DNA of 64,000 nt, filler included, from Diploschistes diacapsis (GCA_023645945.1; 30 parts of 30 records of this genome joined end to end with filler, not necessarily neighbours in it); one strand, 5' to 3'. Shown: positions 1-11,009, counted from the whole stretch's first letter. The notes: generated by a model from the sequence alone, not told the origin. Made by a program: numbers and translations.

Positions 1-148
1 TCTTTAGTTTTCGTTGTGTCCGTTATCGGGATATCGGTTTTACTTAATGGCGTTATTGTTCTAAATACTCGAGATAATACGGATTTAACTATCGATAACG
101 ATCGCCTGGTTATACTATCTAAAACATTTATTCTTAAAGATGTTCAAG

Positions 149-602
149 TGTTATGATTTTTATTTCTATAAGATAGACACGAGATATTAATTAAGGTAGG
201 TTTAGTCTCGTTTAGAAGAGAAGTGCAAATAAAAAAAAATAAAGTAATTATAGGTTTTAGACTGTCTTTAAAAAGAAAATTCTTTAATAATAGAAATAAC
301 GAATATAAATTGATCCCGAGTAATGATTAAGGATATTTATAAAAATAAACACGCCCTGAATTTACGAAAACTATAACGACGTTCTTATATAATTAACAGC
401 TCTTTTAGTAAAATAAAGAAATAAATAAATAGAATTACCGTTCTTCCTTTCTACTTACGATTAAGTAAAATGGTCTTTAAGACCTTCTACTCGTCACGTA
501 ACCCCTGTCACCCTAATTGAACTATATATAAGAAGTGGTTGGGAAGTGCCCGACTAGCTGTTGCGTGCCAAGTACTACCGCCTAGTACCTTGGATCGTAA
601 CA
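149..602 (-). mobile_element. 5' LTR (454 bp) of Ty3/gypsy family B, with degenerate gag start to its left
   Basis: TGTTATGAT...ATCGTAACA termini. Same-length copies lie at 39635-40088 and 49659-50112. The left flank (1-148) matches the gag-like ORF 49396-49602. Confidence 0.85.
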
Positions 603-1391
603 ATCTTTTCGGGATTTAATTAATAAAACTTTTATAAGATCTCGAGGGCGTTTTCGAAATTAGCGGTGGGATATTAGTTATTATTGATGGGTCATTTTAC
701 CTAACGTATCCTATATTGGACGTTTATTTCTCGCTCGGGGCTTCTTTTAGCGTCGAGGATCTTTTCGATCTTTTATTCTTTTCCGCTTTCCGTTTTTATC
801 GGGAGTGGTTTAAGATACGTTTATTCTTTTAAAAGATTTTACGGGTTTTTCGAAAGTAGAAATAAATAAAAGGTTTTAAATTATTTTATCGACGTTAATA
901 GGTCCAGTTCGAAATTTATATCGCCTATTTTTCGTAAAACGTTATAAAAGTCGTTTTATTTATTATTTAATTTCTTATAGGCTCGGGTGATTTTGATATT
1001 ACGTATATCTAATTAGATCGAGTCGCCGGGATTGATTTTTTTAATAAGGCGTTAATATTCGTTCGCGTATTGTTTTTATCGTTCTTACGTTAATATTATA
1101 TATCTTTTAACGAAATTCTAAGTGTTTTATATGATTTCGGCGATAGTATTAATATTTCGGTTATTTATTCTTTCGCGAGTAATAACTTCTTATTTCGTTA
1201 TTTTATCGGTATCAAAAGATATCCGGGATTCGTATTTCCGGATAACGAAGAATAACGAATATTTCGTTGATTCCGATTTAACCGCGTTGATAATAAATTT
1301 TATTATAAATAACAATCGTTTTTAATTTTTTTACGAATAATAAACGAAAGTTCGTAAATATCGTTCTATTTTTTTATTAATATTTTCGATC
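603..1391 (-). mobile_element. RIP-degenerate chromovirus (Ty3/gypsy family E) integrase C-terminus and chromodomain
   Basis: The minus strand reads like IENINKKIERYLRTFV...SESTKYSLFF (gypsy integrase), then a GPF/Y-type segment and a chromodomain-like YRIR(W)V...(W)YPTANFENA segment. It is homologous to 42413-43103 and 45524-46220, which abut a family E PPT and 3' LTR. Confidence 0.75.
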
Positions 1392-1491
1392 NNNNNNNNN
1401 NNNNNNNNNNNNNNNNNNNNNNNNNNNNNNNNNNNTTAATTAATTAANNNNNNNNNNNNNNNNNNNNNNNNNNNNNNNNNNNNNNNNNNNN
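1392..1491. other. Artificial contig spacer (44 N + TTAATTAATTAA six-frame stop + 44 N); first of 29
   Basis: Identical 100-bp spacers start at 1392, 2883, 4373, 5863, 7353, 8842, 10331, 11819, 13306, 34400, 35887, 37374, 38860, 40346, 41832, 43317, 44801, 46284, 47767, 49249, 50731, 52213, 53695, 55177, 56658, 58139, 59620, 61099 and 62578. Confidence 0.99.
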
Positions 1492-1610
1492 TAATAAATC
1501 GACGGATAATACTTTCAAGTTTGATTATCATAAATTCATTCGAATACTTAATTCGATTAACGTTTTAAACTCTTATCACGAATACGAAAATAAAATAAGC
1601 TTTTCGAATA

Positions 1611-1910
1611 TAAAACGCCAGCGCAGGAATAAGATATTACATTATCGAAAATTAAACCTAATCCGGAAAGATTACGTGTAACTAAATATTTATAGATAAA
1701 AGATCTCGATTCGAAAAGTTAAAGAAGAAATTATCTAAATGGAAGGAAGGTATCGTTAAGTAGTATAAATGTTAGATCTACCGAGATTCGGGGACTACCC
1801 GTCTACACAGCCACCTCCTGACCCTGCCGTGTCTTGGCAAGCACCTGGGCATTAACCCTGCCGTAGCTTGGCAGGCCCAGCTTGGCAGGCCCCTAGGCTG
1901 GGCTGTCTCA
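1611..1910 (-). mobile_element. 5' LTR of chromovirus family E; internal region runs left to 1492
   Basis: Reverse-complement copy of the LTR at 2340-2625 (TGAGACAGCCC...GCGCTGGCGTTTCA), with its terminal CA mutated to TA. Confidence 0.85.
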
Positions 1911-2339
1911 CTTCAATAGCTTTATTACTTGATATTTATATACGTAGGCCGTAATTTCGTTATTTAATTTAGTTTGGAGCTTCTTCCGGTTAGTTAAAAT
2001 ATATAACAACGGGAGTACATCACGAAAAGTTTAAAGAAACTGGCGAAACTGACGAAACCGGCAAAGATGGCGAGGCCAATCATTTTTATTACGTAATCAA
2101 AAAATAAAAAAGCAATTTTTAATATTTGAATAAAAATATTTTTTCGACAAAAATATTAAAAATTCCGCTAATTTAGCGCCGGATAACTAGCGCTAAGAAC
2201 TCGCTACAGCTCTCACGTCACGAATATCCACGCTTACGTAATATATAATACGCCATTCTTAATATTTTCGCGATAAAATATAGTATCTATTAAGTCCCGT
2301 TAATCCGATACCACTAATACTACTTAATTCGAATATTAT

Positions 2340-2625
2340 TGAGACAGCCCAGCCCAGGAGCCTGCCAAGACACGGCAGGGTTAATGCCCAGGTGCTTGCC
2401 AAGACACGGCAGGGTCAGGGAATGTCTATGTAGACGGGTAGTCCCCGAACCCCGATAAATCTGACATTTATACTATTTAACGGTGCCCTCCTTCCATTTA
2501 AAAAATTTCTTTTTTAGCTTTTCGAATCGAGACCTTATATTTATAAATACCCAGCTACACGTAATCCTTCCGGATCAGGTTCAGCCCCCGATAATATAAT
2601 ATGCCATTCCTGCGCTGGCGTTTCA
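2340..2625 (+). mobile_element. 5' LTR of chromovirus family E followed by PBS region and internal sequence
   Basis: TG...CA termini. The downstream CATTCGAAAAGTT internal start is shared with the copies at 1611 and 52900. Confidence 0.85.
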
Positions 2626-3010
2626 CATTCGAAAAGTTTACTTTACCTTCGCACTCGTGACGAGAATTTAAAATGTCAACCGAACCAAATATTCGAGTAA
2701 GTCAACGACAACCGAACTCGAAAGTACTACCCACCGCCGAACCATTATAAACAATAACCCCCGCTGATAGAAAAAATCAAAAAAAAATCGATAATACCTC
2801 CGCCTTGTAAAGAATTAACCGATATACCATCGATTAAAAAATATAATTCATAAATGAATCGTTAGTTAAAAATTTTTTTATANNNNNNNNNNNNNNNNNN
2901 NNNNNNNNNNNNNNNNNNNNNNNNNNTTAATTAATTAANNNNNNNNNNNNNNNNNNNNNNNNNNNNNNNNNNNNNNNNNNNNGGCCGATAATATTAAAAA
3001 AAAAGGATAA

Positions 3011-3465
3011 TATTACGATCCAAGTACTAAACTTAATACGTCCTAATTTTATATATAGGTCAATCACGGGATTAAAAATCACGTGATGCGTTTACTGCTT
3101 GCGTTTATTCTCGTAAACGGCGAGTAAATTTTTATTATCGTTTAATAATCGCGTTTATTCTCGTAAACGGCGAGTCTCGAAAACATCGTTTATTAAATTT
3201 ACGATAAACGGCGAGCGAGTCGATTATATATAAACATATTTTTATTTTCGTGAAAGAGGACGTATTTATTTTTATAAATATCTTTAGCGATTATTCGGGA
3301 TTAATTTATATTCGTTACCTTTATTACTAAAAAGCCTTTTTTTTAAAAACAGTCTAAGACCTATGACTGTTCTATCTTCTTTTCCTGCCACATTCCTTTT
3401 CTAATAGAGACCAAACCCACCTTGATCCTACTCGTGTATATTTTGTATAGATAGAGATCATAACA
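3011..3465 (+). mobile_element. LTR (455 bp), family B subfamily, followed by internal region
   Basis: TATTACGATCCAAGTAC (TG mutated to TA) ... GATCATAACA. The 5' portion matches the truncated copies at 35609 and 40114. Confidence 0.8.
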
Positions 3466-4472
3466 GTTGGGTCTTAGAGAACTATGAAAAGCCGTTAAAT
3501 ATCGAGGAATTAGGACGAGAATTTAAAGAGAAATATATCTTGAAGCGATAACGGCAGATTAGATCTAATATTTAAACTAAATCTTCTTCGGTTTATTTAC
3601 CACCCTAACTATTCCCGTTAGAATGGATTGCGGATCCGACGCTTATGTCGACAGAATTTACAACGTTTGTAAGAGATTATAAAAGTGAGATATTAAACGA
3701 ATTTTTATCTAGAATTAGGTCTAGTTCTGGACATAAATAATAATTATCGTAATCTAAAAATATATTTAACGAGCCGATAAGTACCTAATTTGTTCGAATA
3801 ATAAAGCTATTAAATCTTACGAGACAAAAGTTAATTAAAATAATTCTAACGAAATTATCGATATCGATTAAAACAGCTTTTAAAATATTTAAACTAGAAA
3901 GAAGTTTAATTTTCACGATTGTTTAGAAGGACGAGATATCTTAATTAATAAAGTCTTTATTCGTTAGATTAAAATAGAAGTTAAATCGGGAATAAGATGA
4001 ACGTAAACGAAGTTTAAATCGCGGTTAGGATTAAGATGCTCGACGTTAACGAAATGCTTCTTTATTTCTTTCGATAAAAGATTTATCGATTAATTCTAGT
4101 AAACGTTAGTTTAATGTTAGAACGGTCGGTTATTTTGATTCGAATTAAAATGCGCTCGCGATGGAAATTAAAGATAAATATAATATTTATTACGACTTAT
4201 ACGCCTTTAGAGAGAGGGTCAGAATAAAGCTGGTAACGGAGTCGAATGAATTTTTAGCTTAGAATTTTAACGCCTGCCTGCTCGGCGCCGCCAATAGGTG
4301 ATATATAAAAGAATTAGATAAAGTTATAAGGATCAGGTTCCGCGGTACCGACGTCGATATTTAATATCTGTCNNNNNNNNNNNNNNNNNNNNNNNNNNNN
4401 NNNNNNNNNNNNNNNNTTAATTAATTAANNNNNNNNNNNNNNNNNNNNNNNNNNNNNNNNNNNNNNNNNNNN

Positions 4473-5337
4473 TATTAATTATTAATATCTTTCTTAAAAG
4501 CTATAGATTTTATTGCGTAAGTTCGCGTATTATGCCCTGACTGATTATATTTATTATAACGTCGTATACGTAATCCGACCTCCTTCGTACGATTTCTATT
4601 TTTAGATATATTAGTTTTTTCTGTACGAATTTCGATTTTTGAAGACTATAATGCGATTATTTCTAATGCGTTAAATAATTTTTCAGCTCGTACGCGCGTT
4701 TTTTTAGTCTTTTTTCGTTTGTTAAGTATTTTATTTATCGTACGAAGTGTCTTGACATCGATTTTAAGAATTATTATTTTATACGTTAATTTAGAAATAT
4801 TTTTAATTTATATATTAATTAACTCGTATAAATAAATAAAAGAATTATTTTAATATTTAATAATCCTAGATTTAAGATTTATAAAATTTCGTAAAGCATC
4901 TTTCGTCGTACGGGGCGTATTTAAATTAATAAATACGGAATTCGTCGGACGAGAGTACGAAACGTAAACATACGAAATTTAAAATCTAAATTCTTCATTA
5001 TCTTTCTTATATCGTATGGAATAGGTTTAATGATTTTAAAGCTTACTCGTACGTTTTTTAGACCCATAATTGCATAAAAAGCCCGGTTAAAAAGAAAAAA
5101 AATCGGTCTTAATAATATACGTAATTTACGTACGTATCATTTGCTCGATTTCTTTACCGTACGTAACCTTAAGCGACCTAAAACATCCGATATCAAAAAA
5201 CTAAAAAATATACGACAAATAAGCAGGCATATAGAACGGAATAATATTATTATCCTTACAATAATTAATAAAATCGATCGTACGATGGCTATTATGAATA
5301 TTCAAGATTAATAAACGATATTTATTTATCGTATAAG
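4473..5337 (-). mobile_element. RIP-degenerate Fot1/pogo (Tc1-mariner) transposase, DDE domain and C-terminus
   Basis: The minus strand gives a decayed MPAHSSHILQPLDVGCF-type motif near 5180-5230 and a decayed C-terminal zinc-knuckle (QSGHNTRT) near 4520-4560, with many in-frame stops. Confidence 0.75.
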
Positions 5338-5345
5338 GTTTTAAA

Positions 5346-5659
5346 TAGGCTGGCCGTCACTGACACTGACACGGCCGTGTCAGTGACACGGATACTGACA
5401 GTGTCAGTGTCCGTGTTTTAGATTTTTTAGCTGCGGTGTCCGTGTCCGTGGATTCACGGAAGTGCAGTGTCCGTATCAGTATCAATGTTTTAAATTTTTT
5501 AATTGTAGTGTCCGTGTCCGTGGATTCACGGAAATGCAGTGTCCGTATTAGTGTCAGTGTTTTAAAATTTTAACTGTCGTGTCCGTGTCAGTGTCCGTGT
5601 TTTGAAAATTTTTGCTACAGTGTCCGTGTCAGTGACCGTGGCACGAAACGGCCAGCCTA
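5346..5659. mobile_element. Complete non-autonomous hAT-type element (314 bp) with 8-bp TSD
   Basis: TIR TAGGCTGGCCGT...ACGGCCAGCCTA. TSD GTTTTAAA at 5338-5345 and 5660-5667. The interior is built of GTGTCCGTGT motifs. Confidence 0.85.
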
Positions 5660-5667
5660 GTTTTAAA

Positions 5668-5862
5668 TACGCTGGCCGTTTCGTGCCACGGACACCGTAA
5701 CAAAAATTTTCTTAACACGGACACTATACTACGGTAAAAGCACGAACACGAATATCGCAGCAAAAATTTTTAAAACACGGACATTCACACGAATATTATA
5801 TTATAATAAAAACACGAACACGAATACCGTAACAAAAATATCTAAAACACGGACATTAACAC
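5668..5862. mobile_element. Second hAT-type copy directly abutting the TSD, truncated by the contig end
   Basis: Begins TACGCTGGCCGTTTCGTGCCACGG and contains ACACGGACAC repeats. Confidence 0.75.
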
Positions 5863-6018
5863 NNNNNNNNNNNNNNNNNNNNNNNNNNNNNNNNNNNNNN
5901 NNNNNNTTAATTAATTAANNNNNNNNNNNNNNNNNNNNNNNNNNNNNNNNNNNNNNNNNNNNGATTAAAAAAGAGCATCGCGTTTATAAAAGACACAAGC
6001 ATCTAGAAAGGGGGGTAG

Positions 6019-6420
6019 TAAGATAGCCCAGTTCAGGGGTTTACTAAGCTGGGCCTGTCAAGCCACGGCAGGGTTAATGCCCAGGTGCTTGCTAAGACAC
6101 GGCAGGATTAATGCCCAGATGCTTGCCAAGACACGGCAGAATCAATGCCCAGGTGCTTGCCAAGATACGGCAGGGTCAATGCCCAGGTGCTTGCCAAGAC
6201 ACGGCAGGGTCAGGGGGTGGTTGTATAGACGGGTAGTCCCCGAACCCCGGTAAGTCTGACATCCGCATTATTTAACGGTACCTTCTTCCCACTTAGATAG
6301 TTTCTTCTTCAGCTTTTCGAATCGAGGCCTTTTACCTGCAGATGCTCAAGCTATATCTAATCCTTCCGGATCAGGCCCAGCCCCCGGTAGAGTAGCATCC
6401 TTTCCTGCGCTGGCGTTTCA
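6019..6420 (+). mobile_element. 3' LTR of chromovirus family E with expanded 34-bp tandem repeat
   Basis: Preceded by the polypurine tract AGAAAGGGGGG and ends GGCGTTTCA. 34-bp units start at 6079, 6113, 6147 and 6181. Confidence 0.85.
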
Positions 6421-6900
6421 ATAATATATATATCTTATCGAATCATGTTTAGTTAAATCTAATTATCGATTACGACGGTAGCGGTACTTATAACGTTGAT
6501 ATTAATCTCGAGAATTTAGCGAGATGTTTTTTTATATAACTCGAATTTAAAACTATTTCGATCGATTCGAAGAAGTTTAAATCGAAGTTAAACAACGGAA
6601 TTACAATATACGGACACGAGTATAAAGTAATAAAACTATAAGGGCTAATCGATAGCTATTTTAACCTATTTATTGACATCGGTAATATTAATATACCAGA
6701 ACGATTAGAAATATCATTAATTAGCGACTAACGAGCGAAATACAGCGCCAATATAGCAAAGATATATCCTATTAATAACCGAGATAAGGCCGTAATTGAC
6801 GAGATTTTCGATAAATTACAAAATAAGGACCGAATGAAATGAATTAAAAAGCTTACGCCGTTTAGTTTTTTTATATTCGTCGTGTAGAAAGTAACTGATA
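6421..6900 (+). mobile_element. RIP-degenerate Ty3/gypsy pol fragment (start of reverse transcriptase)
   Basis: Translates as AVIDEIFDKLQNKDRMK(W)IKKLTPFSF..FVV(W)K near 6790-6890, typical of the N-terminus of fungal gypsy RT. Confidence 0.65.
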
Positions 6901-6902
6901 AT

Positions 6903-7260
6903 CAGGCTGGCCGTTTCGTGCCACGGTCACTGACACGGACACTGTAGCAAAAATTTTTAAAACACGGACACTGACACGGACACCGTAGAAAAAATTTTCT
7001 CGACACGGACACTGACACGGATATTGTATTGTAATGAAAGCACGGATACGGATATCGCAGTAAAAAATTTCTCGGCACGAATATTAACACGAATATTATA
7101 TTATAATAAAAGCACGGACACGAATATTATAATTCAAAATTTTAAAATATTAATATTAATACGGATACTACATTTCCGTGAATTCACGGACACGGATACT
7201 GCAGTTAAAAAATCTAAAATACTGACACTGACACTGTCAGTGTCAGTAACGGCCAGCCTA
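6903..7260. mobile_element. hAT-type non-autonomous element copy
   Basis: Both TIRs are present (CAGGCTGGCCGT...ACGGCCAGCCTA). No matching TSD is visible. Confidence 0.8.
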
Positions 7261-7452
7261 GAATCCACTATAGTGTTCTATGAGTTCTAGACCAGTCTAG
7301 AACCTCCTAGGACCTTCGGGTCCACTAGATGCTTAAGTAAATAAACTAACCCNNNNNNNNNNNNNNNNNNNNNNNNNNNNNNNNNNNNNNNNNNNNTTAA
7401 TTAATTAANNNNNNNNNNNNNNNNNNNNNNNNNNNNNNNNNNNNNNNNNNNN

Positions 7453-8038
7453 ATAATAAGATCTTATTTATTTTATAAGTATTTAATCGGTAACCGTGAA
7501 AAAACCTCGTAATTCTATTTTCTTTTAATTCAATTTTAATTTCGTTAAATATTAAATTACGTTAATTAACATCTTTTATTTCTTTAATTATCGTCGGGGT
7601 ATCGTTCGCGGAAACGGCTTTATCGATCGGGTTAAATATCTTAATAAGATTCGATTTTTCCGTAATTATTTCTCGCGTTTCGGAAACATAATCCTCCTCG
7701 TCTAGGACGTGTATGTTAAGATTCTGCTTAATTTTCTCGAAAAGTTGGTTAAGCTTGATCAATATCTGCCATATATAAGGATCTTTTTTGGCTCTAGGGG
7801 TCTTGTTTGTGTTGAGTTTCCTTATAAGTAAGTCGATTTTCACGTTCTTTGTTTCGGGGCGATATTGGATCTTAAAGTTGAATTATAATAGAAATTCCGT
7901 CTATCGGGTCTATTTACGGTTTAATTGTTTATTTATGATGAAGTATTCGAGGGCCTTATAATCGGTTAATATTAAAATAGGTCGATTAATTAGGAAGATT
8001 AGTAATTTAGGCTTTTATTTCTCGAAATATTTTATTAT
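7453..8038 (-). mobile_element. RIP-degenerate Ty3/gypsy RNase H and linker region
   Basis: Reverse complement of the RNase H region at 43417-44100 (IIKYFEK, TDYKALEYF, KIDLLIRK motifs). Confidence 0.75.
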
Positions 8039-8841
8039 TGTAACAGATACCTGTGACAGTCCTCCGGGCGAGCGGAAGACGTCAGCCCTAGCACCGCGCC
8101 AAGGCCGCGGGCCCACATAAGAAGAGTTTTTAGTAAGAAGTCTCCTACTTTCTTTTCTAGAGATTAATACATGAATACTATAACTATTATTCTCATACTC
8201 CTGTATTTTATCCTTTATAGTTCTAATTTCTCCTCCTTTAATAGAGCAATGATCCGGTAGAATAACGAAAGGAAAGCGAAAGGCCGCGACTATATTTCGA
8301 GATATTAAAAGATCGGCAGCAGCCGCAGATTTAACGGACACCGTTATCTCATCTCGACGAGAATTATTAATACATAACGAGACATTAACGGAATCCCCAC
8401 GGTCAGCAGCCGCAGAAATCTCGCGAAAAAAAGAAATCGTCGAAAGAAAACGCGTCGCCGTCGAAATTCTTAAATCAGACGAAAAAGATCAATCTTAAAA
8501 TTCTATTACCGAAGAAGAATATCTATCGGACGCAAACCCTTCGCGATCTAACCGGGAACGTATTTCTTATCTTGAAAAGAAACGCGAAAGATTACTAAAA
8601 TAAAAAAGAATCTAAGATCTAATTACGAAAGTAACGAATCTAGAGATTCAAACCATATCTCCGACAATCAAAACGGAATATGAAACGCATATTACCCGCA
8701 AACGAGCCGTATCCAGTAAGCACGTTGTTAGTACCACGAGATACCTTCGATTCTAATCTTTATTTAAATATTAAGAGCTATTTATAGCGGAACACCGAAA
8801 ATGATTTATAATAACTAATAATATACGAGAAATAAATATAC
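8039..8841 (+). mobile_element. 5' end of another repeat (family F, probable LTR element) inserted in gypsy RNase H
   Basis: Starts TGTAACAGATACCTGTGACAGTCC. A homologous copy with a different left flank lies at 60561-61098. Confidence 0.6.
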
Positions 8842-8941
8842 NNNNNNNNNNNNNNNNNNNNNNNNNNNNNNNNNNNNNNNNNNNNTTAATTAATTAANNN
8901 NNNNNNNNNNNNNNNNNNNNNNNNNNNNNNNNNNNNNNNNN

Positions 8942-9666
8942 GTAAATAAAGAAGATTGGTGTAATGAATGAATCGTAGTTGGTAAATCGTTGATAAATGG
9001 AGTAGAAAAGTGTGAATTTTTTGTTAAAGAAGTGAAAATAATCGAGTAAGTTCAGCGAGTTTAACTGAACTTCGATACTTATTTAGAGTGGTCGAATAAG
9101 TATAATAATAAAACTCTGTTGGATTTCGATGATTATCGAGGAAGAAGGCTTTCGGGTGTTAATTAAGTAAATTTAAATTTAGGTCCTGAATTTTGATTTA
9201 GTTTAGCCAATTTAGTTCTTTTAGAGCAGCGTAGTCGGTGCCCGCGTTTTATTGATAAGTAGTTTAATTTCTATTTTGGATCTGATTATTTTAGGGTGTT
9301 ATGATTTAGATCTTAGGTTTTTAAGATATTTTTAATTTAATTTGTAATAGGTAGCGTAATTAGATCTCGTAGTCGTAACGGTGATATTTACCCGGAGATA
9401 TTACTTTTAATATATAAACGCGACGGGATAATAAACTAACTCGGGCTCATAACCTTTTAAATAACGCATATATTGAAATCTAGATATTTAATTAAAAGGA
9501 ATAATCTGTATATAAGTTTTGATATTAATAGGATCTATTAAGTTCTATAGATTTATAATATTCCCGATTAGGATTAGCAGGAACCCCAGTAGGTTCAGCT
9601 GAACTGAACCTGAACCTGAGGTTCAGCTGAACTTCCCAGCCATGCATTCTGCCTGCCTGCTCAACA
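8942..9666 (-). mobile_element. Copia-type family C: 5' LTR (9455-9666), PBS and internal region
   Basis: The LTR starts TGTTGAGCAGGCAGG on the minus strand. GGTTATGAGCCC, the usual fungal Copia PBS motif, follows immediately. Homologous to 34723-35600. Confidence 0.8.
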
Positions 9667-9950
9667 TTATACGTATTTTTGAACCTTTAATTAAATCGAA
9701 TAGACCCGAAACGCGTCGTTTATTAATTATAAACGATTATAATAGTTATATTATCGTTAATATTATTCGTTTTTATATATCTAATCGAATTGATTTAATA
9801 ATATTATTATCGTATAATTCTTATCTTTTTTAATTATTCGATGTCGCAGTGTTTTCGCCGTTAAAAAACGCGTTAACGTAAAAGACGGATTATATTATTC
9901 GATTAAATAAATCGCGTATAATACGTTCGGAATAGATCGAATTATTTTTA
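9667..9950 (+). mobile_element. RIP-degenerate Fot1/pogo DDE transposase fragment
   Basis: RRLLIINDYNSY...LLSYNSYLF*LFDVAVFSPLK is a decayed RLLIxDGHxSH...LPPHSSHxLQPLDVxVFSPLK motif. Confidence 0.8.
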
Positions 9951-9953
9951 ATT

Positions 9954-10184
9954 ACGTGTTTCACGGTCAACTCGGCCACCCCCAAAGCTCGGCCACTTCA
10001 CATTACGATATTCATCATTCTTTCAATTTTTCTCGACAATGGCCGCTTCACATCGAAATAACTCGATACTATTAAAATCGAACATTAACGACTATTTATA
10101 AATTCTAAATTTTCAATAATACACTAACATTCGAACGGCCGTTCGCGCATTTAAAGTTTCTCGATCGACCGTTATAAATCAATT
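9954..10184 (+). mobile_element. Left TIR and 5' end of a Fot1/pogo element
   Basis: ACGTGTTTCACGGTCAACTCGGCCACCCCCAAAGCTCGGCCAC. Related termini are at about 36405, 34665 and 57272-57317. Interrupted by a Copia LTR at 10185. Confidence 0.7.
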
Positions 10185-11009
10185 TGTTGAGCAGGCAGAC
10201 GGTAGGCATGGCTGTGAGCTCGGCTTGTGCCGGGAGGTTCACTGGGAGAACCCGGGAAGTTCAGTTTAAATGAACTTACCGAGGTTTAGTTCAGTTCAGT
10301 TTAACTAAACCTTATAAAATCCGATAAAATNNNNNNNNNNNNNNNNNNNNNNNNNNNNNNNNNNNNNNNNNNNNTTAATTAATTAANNNNNNNNNNNNNN
10401 NNNNNNNNNNNNNNNNNNNNNNNNNNNNNNTAATCGTTCGAATAATATTTCGACGAAAATGATTCGACTGATTGAATTTTTGTTCGTAAAAATTTTACGT
10501 AATTAAATATTATTCTTTTAAAACGAGAGATTATATACGTTATTGAATCTTCGGCCCCGTTACATTTATCGACGATTATTTTTAATTTGTTCTTAATTAG
10601 ACGACGCCATTACTTATAATTAAATCCTTCTCGGGTATTTATTAAAAACTACGGTAAATTTAGTAACTTATACGAGAAAAAGCGTCTTTCGTTATTAATC
10701 TCGATAAATAAATTCGTATATTCTTATCGATTCCGTAATTTTTTGATTATTACTCATAGATCGATATTATCGTCGATTAAACGAATTCGGGTCTCTTATT
10801 TCTTATTTAATAATTATTTTAGGTCGTTTTTTTAATTAAATCTTTCTTGAATTATTATTGAAATCCTTAAATCTTTCGATCGTTTTATCGATTTGTTTCT
10901 TCGACGATTACCACGTAAATACGTATTAATTTTATTAACTCCGTCAGTTTATTTTTAGTTCGTTAATAAATCTTTTCTATTTATTCCCGTAATTATAGAT
11001 CTATTACGT

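Noticed and set aside
1436..1447. TTAATTAATTAA recurring about every 1.49 kb as a biological periodic repeat
   Set aside because: It is always centred in N runs and is a synthetic six-frame stop linker. The periodicity reflects length-sorted contigs.
5346..5862. ACACGGACAC arrays as a CRISPR array
   Set aside because: The context is eukaryotic, the intervening sequences are themselves repeated, the arrays are bounded by TIRs and an 8-bp TSD, and no cas genes are present.
6902..7290. TDTD/VSVSV-rich small ORFs here and at 11113, 38968, 40974, 44438 and 46759
   Set aside because: They are translations of the hAT-MITE repeat motif.
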